From an uncultured Lachnospiraceae bacterium (GTDB lineage Bacteria > Bacillota > Clostridia > Lachnospirales > Lachnospiraceae): a stretch of 64,000 nt of DNA. The stretch covers positions 4,280 through 68,279 of the forward strand of contig CAMNAQ010000002.1 of NCBI GenBank assembly GCA_946531495.1, given 5' to 3'. Positions 1 through 13,677 of this stretch are shown here, in pieces; position 1 is the stretch's first letter, and each line of letters opens with the position of its first letter. The position numbers were made by a program, and so were the translations under genes. The notes under the pieces were generated by a model, which ran no database searches, was not told the DNA's origin, and saw only the letters and a list, made by a program, of their open reading frames with translations.

Positions 1-359
1 GCCGCAGCTCCGTCTCCGTCCACGGAACCGAAGTTTCCGTGACCGTCTACAAGAGGATATCTCATTGACCAGGGCTGAGCCATGAAAACGAGTGAACCGT
101 AAATGGAACTGTCACCATGAGGGTGATACTTACCCATGGTATCTCCAACGATACGCGCACTTTTTCTGTGCGGCTTATCGGGTCCGTTATTGAGCTCAAC
201 CATTGAATAGAGCACTCTTCTTTGAACGGGCTTTAATCCGTCTCTTACATCGGGTAATGCACGGGCAGCAATTACGCTCATTGCATAATCGATGTAAAAG
301 GTCTCCATTTTTTCTTTGAGATCTACTTCCTGTATTTTGTCAAAAATAGTATCTTCCAT
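1..359 (-). CDS. gyrA: DNA gyrase subunit A, N-terminal part (runs off window start)
   Basis: Manual translation from ATG at 359: [48 protein letters not shown]...[13 protein letters not shown]; AGAGG RBS; directly downstream of gyrB. Confidence 0.97.
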   Translation of the reverse strand, partial: MEDTIFDKIQEVDLKEKMETFYIDYAMSVIAARALPDVRDGLKPVQRRVLYSMVELNNGPDKPHRKSARIVGDTMGKYHPHGDSSIYGSLVFMAQPWSMRYPLVDGHGNFGSVDGDGAA

Positions 360-431
360 AATTCCTCTTTTGAATTTCTTTTTTAAGGAAATCCATCCTT
401 AACGATCCGTATGGCATTCAGGATCTTTTCA

Positions 432-3723
<3,292 letters not shown>

Positions 3724-3724
3724 G

Positions 3725-3946
3725 TCAGATTTCCTTTTTCTTTATGACCAGACTGTTTCCCTTATATTCGATAACATCACCGGCCACTATCTTCTTACCG
3801 CGCTGTAATTCCGTATTACCGTTTACCTTTACATCGCCGTTAATGATATCGTACTTAGCCTCTACACCCGATTCACAAAGTCCCGAAGCCTTCAATACCT
3901 GACCGAGTTTTATAAATTCATCTTTTAAATAAAATTCCATGATCAA
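3725..3946 (-). CDS. yaaA: S4-domain RNA-binding protein (YaaA)
   Basis: FIKLGQVLK...SGVEAK...VKVNG..ELQRGKKI; lies between dnaN and recF. Confidence 0.9.
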   Translation of the reverse strand: MIMEFYLKDEFIKLGQVLKASGLCESGVEAKYDIINGDVKVNGNTELQRGKKIVAGDVIEYKGNSLVIKKKEI

Positions 3947-5070
3947 ACCGTTCCGCTTATTGTTACGGGAAGAACAACATATACATAAGACATGTCATCC
4001 TTCTTTATGAAGCAGGGTGCCTTTGAATTAACAAAATCAAGTTCTATTTCTTCATCGTCAATAACATTCAATGCATCTATAACGAATCTGGGATTAAATC
4101 CTATTATCATATCCTTGCCTGTCTTGGACGCAGGGACATTTTCATTCATATTTCCGCTTGCTGAAGTTATCTTAATGTTGATGCTCTCATCCTTTATATC
4201 AAGAACGATAGGCTTCTTATCACCTTCTCTTACATAGATGGTGGATCTGTCAAGACATTCGTTAAGTCTTTTTTTATTGATCTTAACCTTTGTCTCGTAG
4301 TCACCAACAAGCATTTTGTTAACATCAAAGAAATTGCCTTCGATTATTCTTGATACTACCTTTGTCAATCCGTATTCAAATCCGACGTGATTGGGGTTAA
4401 AGATGATCTCAACATCATCTTCCGCTCCGCCGTTTATGATCTTTGCAAGTTCCTTCAAGCTTTTTCCGGGAATTATAACTTTCCTGTCAGGATAATTTTC
4501 CCTGAGTTCCATGGTGACCATGGAAATACGATGTCCGTCAAGGCTGCACATTCTTACGGTATTATCATGAATCTCCATAAGCTCACCCCTCATGGTCTGC
4601 TGACCGGGAGTATCCTCACTTATGTCTGCAATTGAAAAGCTCGTCTTTCTTATAAGCTCTCTGAGAGAAAGCTGGCTCATAATGATATTTTCGTTCTTGT
4701 CAAGATCAGGAAGATAAGGGAATTCATCCGCAGCTCTTCCGCTCATAGTATGCTTAACCTGCTCACAGCTTATAACCGTAGTGAATTTAGAATCACTTTC
4801 GATAGTTATATCCGATGCAGAATCCGGCATTTTTCTTATTATCTCCGAGAAGAATTTTGCATCAAGGGCAATGATACCTGTTTTTTCTATATTTCCTTCA
4901 ATAACGGTCTCTATTCCAAGATCGAGATTATTAACTGTAAGTGTTATCCTTCCTCCATTTGTGTTGATGAGGATACACTCCATGATAGACATTGTGCTTT
5001 TTGAAGGAAGTGCTCTTATAACTGTCTGAATGCCTGTAAGAAGTGATGATTTTGAACAGGATATCTTCAT
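3943..5070 (-). CDS. dnaN: DNA polymerase III beta sliding clamp
   Basis: 375 aa, SLDGHR and C-terminal VVLPV motifs; synteny. Confidence 0.96.
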   Translation of the reverse strand: MKISCSKSSLLTGIQTVIRALPSKSTMSIMECILINTNGGRITLTVNNLDLGIETVIEGNIEKTGIIALDAKFFSEIIRKMPDSASDITIESDSKFTTVISCEQVKHTMSGRAADEFPYLPDLDKNENIIMSQLSLRELIRKTSFSIADISEDTPGQQTMRGELMEIHDNTVRMCSLDGHRISMVTMELRENYPDRKVIIPGKSLKELAKIINGGAEDDVEIIFNPNHVGFEYGLTKVVSRIIEGNFFDVNKMLVGDYETKVKINKKRLNECLDRSTIYVREGDKKPIVLDIKDESINIKITSASGNMNENVPASKTGKDMIIGFNPRFVIDALNVIDDEEIELDFVNSKAPCFIKKDDMSYVYVVLPVTISGTV

Positions 5071-5291
5071 GGTGCATAACTCCTTTTTTTATTCTCTATG
5101 CGCGTGATGTTATATATAAATAATTATATTTAGTCTTATTAGTAATAGGGGCTGTGACTAGTGTGCATAACCTTATATATTATACTATTTTCAAGGGAAA
5201 AATGGAATGAATAAGTATGTGAAATAATATAGGTTATTTAATAATTTACGCGCCTTAAACCACATTTAAATTATTATGTAAATCGATCATT
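5071..5291. other. oriC, dnaA-dnaN part with basal unwinding site
   Basis: Minus strand reads DnaA box TTATGCACA (5162-5170), degenerate box (5153-5161), GC patch GCCCC, DnaA-trio-like CTA TTA CTA ATA AGA CTA (5131-5148), then an AT-rich tract. Confidence 0.85.
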
Positions 5292-6656
5292 TTATGATCC
5301 GGAAAGTATTTTTTTAATGCTTTCCACTTTTTCACGAGTGTTTTTTCCACTTTTATTGGAATTAATATCAGCTTCTATTTTTTTACATCCGCTTATAACG
5401 GTTGTATGGTCGCTTCTGTGAAGGTTGTGAGCTATCTGCTGATAAGTGATTCCAAGCATGTCATAGGCAAGATACATGATTATATGTCTGGGATATACTA
5501 TTTCCGCATTTCTCTTGTTGGACATGATAGCTTCTTTGCTGGCATTGCATTCCTGACATACAACATCAACTATCCTGTCAAAGGTGATCATATTAGAGTC
5601 CGAAGGATAGATATAATCCTTAAGAGCTTCCTTTGCATTTTCAAGGCTGGGTTCTTTTATATTGAAAAGCTTTATATATCCCTGGATCTTCTTAAGTGAA
5701 CCTTCGAGTTCTCTTACGTTTGACTTCATATTGGAAGCAACATAATCGATTATCTCTTCACTTATCTTAAGATTGATCTTTTCGGCAAAATTCTTAAGGA
5801 TTGCAGATCTTGTCTCATAATCGGGAGGTGTTATATCCACAACCATTCCCCAGGCAAATCTGGAAATATATCTTTCATCAAGTGTTTTGAACTCCTTGAA
5901 GTTCTTATCGGAAGATATTATTATCTGCTTTCCGGCTGCATGAAGAGCGTTAAATGTATTAAAGAATTCATCCTGAGTAGCTTCTTTTCCTATAATAGAC
6001 TGGATATCATCTATCATAAGAACATCTACGGTACGATATTTTTCACGGAGCTTGCTCATGGAAGCAACGGAATTACCGCTTCTTAGAGATTCAATAACAT
6101 CATTTGTGAAGTCGTCACTTGTTACATAAATGACCTTTTTTGAAGGATCCTTCTTTAAAATAAAGTGACCTATGGAATGCATAAGATGGGTTTTGCCAAG
6201 GCCGGATCCGCCATAGATAAAAAGAGGATTCCAGGTTTTTCCGGGATCTTCAGCTACCGCAACAGATACCTGATGAGCCATCATATTATTCTTACCTACG
6301 ACAAAAGATTCGAAGGTATAGTCCGGATTAAGGGTATCATTATCAATCCTGTTTTCCTCAACAGCCTGAACAGGAGCATGATCCGAATTACTAAGAAGAA
6401 ACTGGACAGTTACCATATATCCGAGTTCTTCTCCAATCACGGTTTCAAAATAGAGCTTAAATTTATTATTAAGGTATCCGAGAGCTCTTTCATCCTCTTT
6501 TTCTGTCTTTATATAGAAGACATTTCCGGATAATTCCTGAAACTCAAGGTTTTCAAACCATAATTGATAGGTGATATCGGATACATTAGATTCTCTTTGA
6601 ATCTTTCTCTTTATCTCTTCCCAGTATTCTTCATTAGTAAATTTTTCAGCATCCAT
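5292..6656 (-). CDS. dnaA: Chromosomal replication initiator DnaA
   Basis: NPLFIYGGSGLGKTHL, VLMIDDIQ, NVRELEG, DHTTV; probable start ATG 6656 after AGGAG (ORF extends to 6716). Confidence 0.97.
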   Translation of the reverse strand: MDAEKFTNEEYWEEIKRKIQRESNVSDITYQLWFENLEFQELSGNVFYIKTEKEDERALGYLNNKFKLYFETVIGEELGYMVTVQFLLSNSDHAPVQAVEENRIDNDTLNPDYTFESFVVGKNNMMAHQVSVAVAEDPGKTWNPLFIYGGSGLGKTHLMHSIGHFILKKDPSKKVIYVTSDDFTNDVIESLRSGNSVASMSKLREKYRTVDVLMIDDIQSIIGKEATQDEFFNTFNALHAAGKQIIISSDKNFKEFKTLDERYISRFAWGMVVDITPPDYETRSAILKNFAEKINLKISEEIIDYVASNMKSNVRELEGSLKKIQGYIKLFNIKEPSLENAKEALKDYIYPSDSNMITFDRIVDVVCQECNASKEAIMSNKRNAEIVYPRHIIMYLAYDMLGITYQQIAHNLHRSDHTTVISGCKKIEADINSNKSGKNTREKVESIKKILSGS

Positions 6657-6789
6657 AAGAATTAAAAAGATCTCCTGATAAGTATTTGCGCCTTTTGACG
6701 ACATCTTTAGGGTCATTTTGAGGCTGCCGTACTATTTTATAATGTAAAAAATTATAATTCAAATCAGGGTTACCCCCGTTTATGCGTTT

Positions 6790-7035
6790 GCGGGTTTTCC
6801 ACAAAAGTGGATAATGGAAGTGAATACAGTATAAATGGTATAAATGTATGAATAATAACCTGCTATGTGGAAAAAAAATAAATAATATAAAAACTGAAAA
6901 ACACCGTATTTAAAGGCATTTTCGTTATTTATCATCTAAATATGTTTATTAATTAACGTAAATATCCACATCTTTTACACCAAATGGGGATAAGATTTTG
7001 AGTGATATTTAAAGTGGATAACTTGGTGGATAACA
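6790..7035. promoter_or_regulatory. DnaA-box cluster upstream of dnaA (second part of bipartite oriC)
   Basis: TTTTCCACA 6795, AGTGGATAA 6806, TGTGGAAAA 6866, ATATCCACA 6962, TGGGGATAA 6985, AGTGGATAA 7013, GGTGGATAA 7025 in very AT-rich DNA; gene orientation switches here. Confidence 0.85.
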
Positions 7036-7121
7036 AAAATTTTTAACTTTTTCTTATTATTGACCGGTTGAAAAAAAATATAAAAAAATGAGGAAAATAC
7101 GCAGATAAACGCTATTTTTGC

Positions 7122-7150
7122 TTGACACTCTTTCTTTAATTAATTAAAAT
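7122..7150 (+). promoter_or_regulatory. sigmaA promoter of the rpmH operon
   Basis: TTGACA-17 bp-TAAAAT. Confidence 0.75.
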
Positions 7151-7253
7151 CTGTTTTGTGTCGTTTCTGACAGATACCAGGTAGTGGTATCATAGCGGGA
7201 TCTGAGGAAGATCGTCGCATGCGAAGAGATTTATTAAAAGGAGGTGTTTCCTT

Positions 7254-7388
7254 ATGAAGATGACATTTCAGCCTAAGAAGAAGTCTCATGCCAAGGTTCA
7301 CGGTTTCAGAGCAAGAATGTCTTCAGCCGGTGGACGTAAGGTTCTTCAGAGCAGAAGAGCAAAGGGCAGAAAGAAATTATCGGCTTAA
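7254..7388 (+). CDS. rpmH: 50S ribosomal protein L34 (not in ORF track)
   Basis: Manual translation [44 protein letters not shown]; AAGGAGG RBS. Confidence 0.97.
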   Translation: MKMTFQPKKKSHAKVHGFRARMSSAGGRKVLQSRRAKGRKKLSA

Positions 7389-7392
7389 AAGT

Positions 7393-7424
7393 AAAGGTCA
7401 CATTTGATGTGACCTTTGTTTTTC
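7393..7424 (+). terminator. Hairpin or partial terminator after rpmH
   Basis: AAAGGTCACA-TTTGA-TGTGACCTTT followed by GTTTTT. Confidence 0.6.
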
Positions 7425-7436
7425 TGCATATTTAAT

Positions 7437-7775
7437 ATGGAAAGATTAAGAAAAAACGCCCAGTTTTCGGATGTTTACCGTACACATCATTCCTTCGCAA
7501 ATGAATTTATCGTAATGTATGTCAGAAATAACGGTGAATCCATAAACAGAATAGGCGTAAGCGTAAGCAAAAAAGTCGGAAACAGTGTCGTAAGACACCG
7601 TGTCAAAAGACTTCTCAAGGAAGCTTTTCGCACGTCCGAGGAAATGTTCAATAGTGGTTTGGACATAGTATTTGTTGCAAAGAAAAATGCTGCTGTAATG
7701 ACTTTTGATGATGCAAAAAAATCTCTGATGGATCTGGCAGCTTCCCATCACATTCTTGCAAAGAACGGTTCATAA
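7437..7775 (+). CDS. rnpA: Ribonuclease P protein component
   Basis: RIGVSVSKKVGNSVVRHRVKR motif; synteny. Confidence 0.95.
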   Translation: MERLRKNAQFSDVYRTHHSFANEFIVMYVRNNGESINRIGVSVSKKVGNSVVRHRVKRLLKEAFRTSEEMFNSGLDIVFVAKKNAAVMTFDDAKKSLMDLAASHHILAKNGS

Positions 7776-7827
7776 ATAATTCTGTTTCAAAGTGTAAAAA
7801 ATTTAGGAAAATCAGATACATATATTT

Positions 7828-8067
7828 ATGAAGAGATTTTTAATTTGGTTGATCACTTTATATCAAAAATATCTTTCTCCTCTTAAGAGGACAAAGTGCC
7901 CATATTATCCGACCTGTTCGGCTTATGGTAAGGAAGCCATTGAAAAGAACGGAGCCCTTATAGGGCTTATTCTTGCTGTGTGGAGGATCTTAAGATGTAA
8001 TCCTTTTTCACACGGTGGTGTGGATCCTGTTCCTTTGATGAGGAAGAGATATTCAAAGGAGTTTTAA
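7828..8067 (+). CDS. yidD: Membrane protein insertion efficiency factor YidD
   Basis: [15 protein letters not shown]...[17 protein letters not shown]. Confidence 0.95.
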   Translation: MKRFLIWLITLYQKYLSPLKRTKCPYYPTCSAYGKEAIEKNGALIGLILAVWRILRCNPFSHGGVDPVPLMRKRYSKEF

Positions 8068-9395
8068 TGTATTTTACTCTATTAACCCCTAATTCCACTC
8101 CGATCTTCAAGTACATCGTATGGATACTCGGAAAGATCATGGAGGGAATATTCTTTGTTCTTAATCAGATAGGTATCCCTAATATAGGTCTGTCCATCAT
8201 ATTTTTTACTATCATCGTAAATGTATGCATGATTCCTCTGACCTATAAACAGCAGAAATTCTCCAAGCTTTCAATGAAAATGAATCCGGAGCTTAATGCC
8301 ATCAGAAAAAAGTATGATGGTAAAAAGGACCAGGATTCCATGATGAAGATGAATGCCGAGACTCAGGCTGTTTATGCCAAGTACGGTACATCACCTACCG
8401 GCAGCTGTGCATATCTTCTTATCCAGATGCCTATTCTCTTTGCTCTGTACAGAGTTATCTATCAGATACCCGCTTATGTTACAAGAATAGGTAATACCTT
8501 CAGAGTTCTTGCGGAAAAGATCGTAAGTACCGATAACGGTGCTTTCATCACCGAAAATCAGGGTGAACTTCAGAGTATCGGTTCCGCTATATCGATGTAT
8601 TCCAAGAACCTTACAAAGGAAGGAAATCTTGAGAACGGAATAATCGATGTTCTTAACAGAATATCATCTGCCGATATGACTGCTGTCAGTGAACATTACG
8701 GCCTTTCTGATCTGCAGTTTGAGGGAAGCCGTATACTCAGTACTCTCGACGCAAACGGCAATATTCTTGAAAAGGGACTTATCGATACCTACAATAATTT
8801 CCTGGGATTAAATATTAGGAATACTCCCTGGTATATTATGAAGGAAAGCTTTGCTTCTCATGCATATCTTATCATGATCATTGCAGTGCTGATTCCTCTT
8901 GTATCAGGATTTACACAGTGGCTTTCTGTAAAGCTTGCCCCCAACCAGGCTCAGCCCACAGGTGATAATTCACAGGCAGATGCTATGGCTCAGCAGATGA
9001 AGACCATGAATACCATGATGCCTCTCATGTCCATATGGTTCTGCTTTACACTTCCTGCAGGTATGGGACTTTACTGGATTGCAAATGCTGTAGTTCGTAT
9101 TGTTCTTCAGATCTTTATGAATAAGAAGATCGACAAAATAGATTTTAATGAGCTTATTGAACAGAATAAGGAAAAGAGCGCCAAAAAGCTTGAAAAAGCC
9201 CAGGCAATGCAGGCACAGATGCAAAGCTATGCAAATGTTAATACCCGCAGCATTCAGAGCAAGGCTTCTTATGTAAATAAGGATGCTTCCGCAGATATAA
9301 GCTCTGAGAGCACAGGAACAACCTCTTATGCAAAGGGTTCAATGGCCGCAAAGGCAAATATGGTTGCCGAATTCAATAAGAGAAACAGTAAGTGA
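8067..9395 (+). CDS. yidC: YidC/Oxa1 membrane protein insertase
   Basis: PLTYKQQK, LIQMPILFALY, PAGMGLYW; synteny. Confidence 0.93.
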   Translation: MYFTLLTPNSTPIFKYIVWILGKIMEGIFFVLNQIGIPNIGLSIIFFTIIVNVCMIPLTYKQQKFSKLSMKMNPELNAIRKKYDGKKDQDSMMKMNAETQAVYAKYGTSPTGSCAYLLIQMPILFALYRVIYQIPAYVTRIGNTFRVLAEKIVSTDNGAFITENQGELQSIGSAISMYSKNLTKEGNLENGIIDVLNRISSADMTAVSEHYGLSDLQFEGSRILSTLDANGNILEKGLIDTYNNFLGLNIRNTPWYIMKESFASHAYLIMIIAVLIPLVSGFTQWLSVKLAPNQAQPTGDNSQADAMAQQMKTMNTMMPLMSIWFCFTLPAGMGLYWIANAVVRIVLQIFMNKKIDKIDFNELIEQNKEKSAKKLEKAQAMQAQMQSYANVNTRSIQSKASYVNKDASADISSESTGTTSYAKGSMAAKANMVAEFNKRNSK

Positions 9396-9405
9396 GGAAT
9401 TAATA

Positions 9406-10224
9406 ATGGATTATAAAGAGTATACAGGTAAATCAGTTAACGATCTTATCACTGATGCTTGCCAGGATCTCGGAGTTACCAGTGACAGACTTGATTATGT
9501 GGTTGTAGATGAAGGATCTGCAGGATTTCTCGGATTAGGCGCCAAGAATGCCGTTATAAAGGCAAGAATCAAGGCTGATGAAGAGCAGACCGCTGCAGCA
9601 CCTGAATCTGAAGAAATCAAAGAAGAAGTAAAGGAAGAGCATGTTAAAGCTGAAAAAGCAGAAGCAGCAGAGCCTTCAAAAAAGGAAGAGAAGATCATTC
9701 CCGTTTCAGATCCTGCAGTATATGAAAATGCCGCAAAGAAGTTCCTTGAAGATGTTTTCAAGGCTATGGATATGGAAGCTGTTATCAAGACTTCATTTGA
9801 GCTTTCTGAGAATTCACTTAATGTGGAGCTTGCAGGAAGCGATATGGGTATCCTCATCGGAAAAAGAGGAGCAACTCTTGATTCACTTCAGTATCTCGTA
9901 AGTCTTGTAGTTAACAAAAACAGTGAGCAGTATATCCGAGTAAAGGTTGATACCGAGGATTACAGAGAAAGAAGAAAAGCCACTCTTGAAAATCTTGCAA
10001 AGAATGTATCATCCAAGGTAAAGAGAACCGGTCGTCCTTATGAACTTGAAGCAATGAATCCTTATGAAAGAAGGATCATCCATTCCGCACTTCAGGATAA
10101 TGATTATGTATATACCTACAGTGAGGGAGAGGGTGTAAACAGACATATAGTTGTTGCTCTCAAAGAAGGCGTTAGACCTACCGGTGATTACGGACGTTCT
10201 GGACGCAGAGGCAGAAGATATTGA
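9406..10224 (+). CDS. jag: Jag/KhpB/EloR RNA-binding protein (Jag_N-KH-R3H)
   Basis: LIGKRGATLDSLQYL (KH), MNPYERRIIH (R3H); start at ATG 9406. Confidence 0.93.
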   Translation: MDYKEYTGKSVNDLITDACQDLGVTSDRLDYVVVDEGSAGFLGLGAKNAVIKARIKADEEQTAAAPESEEIKEEVKEEHVKAEKAEAAEPSKKEEKIIPVSDPAVYENAAKKFLEDVFKAMDMEAVIKTSFELSENSLNVELAGSDMGILIGKRGATLDSLQYLVSLVVNKNSEQYIRVKVDTEDYRERRKATLENLAKNVSSKVKRTGRPYELEAMNPYERRIIHSALQDNDYVYTYSEGEGVNRHIVVALKEGVRPTGDYGRSGRRGRRY

Positions 10225-10239
10225 TCTGATAACCGTAAG

Positions 10240-10270
10240 CGGGCCGGGAATTTACCTGGCCCGATTTTTT
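10240..10270 (+). terminator. Intrinsic terminator-like hairpin
   Basis: CGGGCCGGG-AATTTA-CCTGGCCCG then ATTTTTT. Confidence 0.6.
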
Positions 10271-10284
10271 AAAAGCGTAAAAAA

Positions 10285-11724
10285 ATGAGCGATCATTCAT
10301 CATCTACAATTGCAGCTGTTTCAACGGCTTTATCCGAGTCGGGAATAGGTATCATCAGAGTCAGCGGATCTGATGCTGTTTCTGTATGCACAGGTATCCT
10401 CTATGATTCAAAAGGAAAAACCGTACTTGATAAAATGGAAGCCGGGAATTTCAGGCATTGTTTTGTTAAGTCCGGTGATGATCTGATTGATGAATGCATA
10501 GTTCTTCTTTATAAAGCACCTCATTCATACACAGGAGAGGATACTGTTGAACTGCAGTGTCATGGCGGTGTTTTTCTGCTTAAGAAAGTTTTGGATCTTG
10601 TTATTTCAAAAGGTGCTGTTCTCGCGTCTCCGGGAGAGTTTACAAGAAGAGCTTTCTTAAACGGAAAAATGGATCTTGCTCAGGCAGAAGCTGTTATGGA
10701 TATAATATCCGCAAGATCGGAATCTGCTCTCAGGGCATCCGAAGACCAGATGTCAGGAAGAGTTTCGGGTGTTATAAGAGATCTCAGGGCTAAGATCCTT
10801 TATGAGACTGCATATATTGAATCCGCTATAGATGATCCCGAGCATTATGATCTTGACGGATATGATGATCATGTAAAGGATATTGTAAATGAGTTAAGAT
10901 CCCGGATAAAAAAACTGATTGAATCCTACAATAGCGGAAGATTCGTAAGAGAAGGAATAAGCACCTGCATTGCAGGCCGTCCCAATTCCGGAAAGTCATC
11001 ACTCCTTAATCTCCTTACAGGCCAGGACAGAGCAATAGTATCGGATATACCGGGAACGACAAGAGATACGATTGAAGAATATGTCAGGTTTGATGAAATT
11101 CTTTTGAGACTTACGGATACTGCAGGTATCAGAAATACGGATGATCCCATAGAGAGCATCGGTGCAAAGAAGGCGCTGGATGCTGCTTCTGGAGCGGATC
11201 TTGTGCTGTTTATGATAGATGCTTCCGAGTATCTTGATATAGATGATATGGAGATTTTTTCTTCCATTTATGAGAAGAAGACAATAATTCTCCTGAATAA
11301 AGCAGATAAGACTCTTAAGATAAAGCCTCATGATATTTATGAGCATTTTAGGGAATCCGCAAATGCCTCGATACGTGAACTGTCTGAGGAAGAATTTTTG
11401 GAAAAATATCCCTGTGTTGTCATATCCGCATCCGGAGGACAGGGACTTAACAATCTGAAATCGGTGGTAAAAAGGCTGTTTTTTAACGGAAAGATCAGTT
11501 CCTCTTCTGAAGTTGTGATCACCGGTCTCAGACATAAGGAGCTTCTTGTCAGAGCGGATGAGTCTCTTTCAAATGTTCTTGAATGTATTGAAAGCGGCAT
11601 GGAGACAGATATCTATACCATTGATCTTATGGACGCTTACAGGTGTCTTGGTCTTATCATAGGTGAGGAAGTAGGAGATGATCTTGCTGATGAGATATTC
11701 TCCAAATTCTGTATGGGTAAATAA
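10285..11724 (+). CDS. mnmE: tRNA modification GTPase MnmE
   Basis: HSYTGED, GRPNSGKSS, GTTRD, DTAG, C-terminal FCMGK. Confidence 0.97.
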   Translation: MSDHSSSTIAAVSTALSESGIGIIRVSGSDAVSVCTGILYDSKGKTVLDKMEAGNFRHCFVKSGDDLIDECIVLLYKAPHSYTGEDTVELQCHGGVFLLKKVLDLVISKGAVLASPGEFTRRAFLNGKMDLAQAEAVMDIISARSESALRASEDQMSGRVSGVIRDLRAKILYETAYIESAIDDPEHYDLDGYDDHVKDIVNELRSRIKKLIESYNSGRFVREGISTCIAGRPNSGKSSLLNLLTGQDRAIVSDIPGTTRDTIEEYVRFDEILLRLTDTAGIRNTDDPIESIGAKKALDAASGADLVLFMIDASEYLDIDDMEIFSSIYEKKTIILLNKADKTLKIKPHDIYEHFRESANASIRELSEEEFLEKYPCVVISASGGQGLNNLKSVVKRLFFNGKISSSSEVVITGLRHKELLVRADESLSNVLECIESGMETDIYTIDLMDAYRCLGLIIGEEVGDDLADEIFSKFCMGK

Positions 11725-13653
11725 ATGGATCTTAAATGTAAAGGTGCGGAATTTAATATTGATGTGGCTGTGGTTGGAGCCGGACATGCAGGATGTGAGG
11801 CAGCTCTTGCATGCAGCAGACTCGGGCTTGAAACAGTCGTATTTACCGTAAGTGTTGACAGTATTGCACTCATGCCCTGTAATCCCAATATCGGAGGCTC
11901 TTCAAAGGGTCATCTTGTCAGGGAATTGGATGCTCTTGGCGGTGAAATGGGTAAAAATATCGATAAGACTTTTATCCAGAGCAAGATGCTCAATACATCA
12001 AAGGGACCTGCCGTTCATTCTCTCAGAGCCCAGGCTGATAAGAGGGATTACTCAGGGTCAATGAGAAAGGTTCTTGAATCCCAGGATCATCTTACGATCA
12101 AGCAGGCGGAAGTATGTGAGCTTTGCTGGGAGGAAATCCCATCCGAAAAAAGAGACGGTACTTTTGAAAAATATGTAACAGGTGTCAGAACGCAGACGGG
12201 AAGTATTTATCATGCAAAGGCAGTTGTTCTTTGTACAGGCGTTTATCTGAATTCGAGATGTCTTACCGGAGAATCTATCACCTATACTGGACCTAACGGA
12301 TTGCAGGCAGCTACGCATCTTTCCGATTCCCTGAGAAATGCCGGTGTTGAACTCAGAAGATTTAAGACCGGTACGCCCGCAAGAATGGATGGTAAGACCA
12401 TTGATTATTCCAAAATGGAAGAGCAGAAGGGTGATGAGAGGATAGTCCCTTTTTCTTTTTCAACAGATCCCGACAGCATACAGAAGGAGCAGGTTTCCTG
12501 CTGGCTTACACATACCAATAAAAATACTCATGATATTATAAGAGCCAATCTGGACAGATCACCGATATATGCAGGTGTTATTGAAGGAACAGGCCCACGT
12601 TACTGTCCATCCATAGAAGATAAGGTAGTTAAGTTCTCTGAAAAAGAATCACATCAGGTATTTATTGAACCGGAGGGTCTTTATACGGATGAGGTGTATG
12701 TTGACGGAATGAGTTCTTCTCTTCCGGAGGATGTACAGCTTGCCATGTACAGGACTGTTCCGGGACTTGAAAATTGTAAGATAGTAAGAAATGCATATGC
12801 TATTGAATACGACTGCATCAATGCAAAGTCTCTTTATCCTCATCTGGAGTTTAAGAAAATAAAGGGTCTTTTTGCCGGCGGCCAGTTCAACGGAAGCAGC
12901 GGTTATGAGGAAGCAGCGGCACAGGGCTTTGTAGCAGGTGTTAATGCCGCAATGGAAATCCTTGGAAAAGAATTCCTCGTTTTAAAGAGAAGCGAAAGCT
13001 ATATCGGAGTCCTTATCGACGATCTTGTTACCAAAGATAACAGGGAACCTTACCGCATGATGACTTCCAGAGCAGAGTACAGGCTTCTTCTTCGCCAGGA
13101 TAATGCAGATCTGAGACTTCGCAAATACGGACACCGGATCGGTCTTGTTTCCGATGAGGTATATGAAGGAGTCCTGAAAAAGCAAAAGCAGATAGAAGAT
13201 GAAATCGAAAGGCTTAAGGGTGTTATGCTCGGTGCATCTTCGGATGTATGCAAATACCTTGAATCCGTTGGTTCATCTCCTCTTGGAACAGCTACATCTC
13301 TTGCCCAGCTTCTTTGTAGACCCGAACTCGATTATGAAAAGCTTGCACCGCTTGATCAGGACAGAAAGCCTCTTACCTCAGACGTTACGGAGCAGGTTCA
13401 GATTGAGATCAGGTATGAGGGTTATATAAAGCGACAGGAAAAACAGGTAAAAGAACAGGAGCGTCTGGAAGTAAAGAAAATTCCCGAGAATGTCGATTAT
13501 GATAATGTTCCTTCTCTTCGTATCGAAGCAAGACAGAAGCTTAAGGAATTCAGACCGGTCTCTGTAGGACAGGCATCCCGCATATCCGGTGTTTCTCCCG
13601 CAGATATATCGGTTCTTCTCGTTTATCTTGAAAAGATCAACAGACAGTCATGA
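11725..13653 (+). CDS. mnmG: tRNA uridine-5-carboxymethylaminomethyl enzyme MnmG (GidA)
   Basis: [32 protein letters not shown]. Confidence 0.97.
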   Translation: MDLKCKGAEFNIDVAVVGAGHAGCEAALACSRLGLETVVFTVSVDSIALMPCNPNIGGSSKGHLVRELDALGGEMGKNIDKTFIQSKMLNTSKGPAVHSLRAQADKRDYSGSMRKVLESQDHLTIKQAEVCELCWEEIPSEKRDGTFEKYVTGVRTQTGSIYHAKAVVLCTGVYLNSRCLTGESITYTGPNGLQAATHLSDSLRNAGVELRRFKTGTPARMDGKTIDYSKMEEQKGDERIVPFSFSTDPDSIQKEQVSCWLTHTNKNTHDIIRANLDRSPIYAGVIEGTGPRYCPSIEDKVVKFSEKESHQVFIEPEGLYTDEVYVDGMSSSLPEDVQLAMYRTVPGLENCKIVRNAYAIEYDCINAKSLYPHLEFKKIKGLFAGGQFNGSSGYEEAAAQGFVAGVNAAMEILGKEFLVLKRSESYIGVLIDDLVTKDNREPYRMMTSRAEYRLLLRQDNADLRLRKYGHRIGLVSDEVYEGVLKKQKQIEDEIERLKGVMLGASSDVCKYLESVGSSPLGTATSLAQLLCRPELDYEKLAPLDQDRKPLTSDVTEQVQIEIRYEGYIKRQEKQVKEQERLEVKKIPENVDYDNVPSLRIEARQKLKEFRPVSVGQASRISGVSPADISVLLVYLEKINRQS

Positions 13654-13677
13654 AAATGACACGTGTGTCATAAAACT

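Noticed and set aside
13656-13671. ATGACACGTGTGTCAT as an extra parS
   Set aside because: Shares only the CACGTG core; the flanks do not match the parS consensus.
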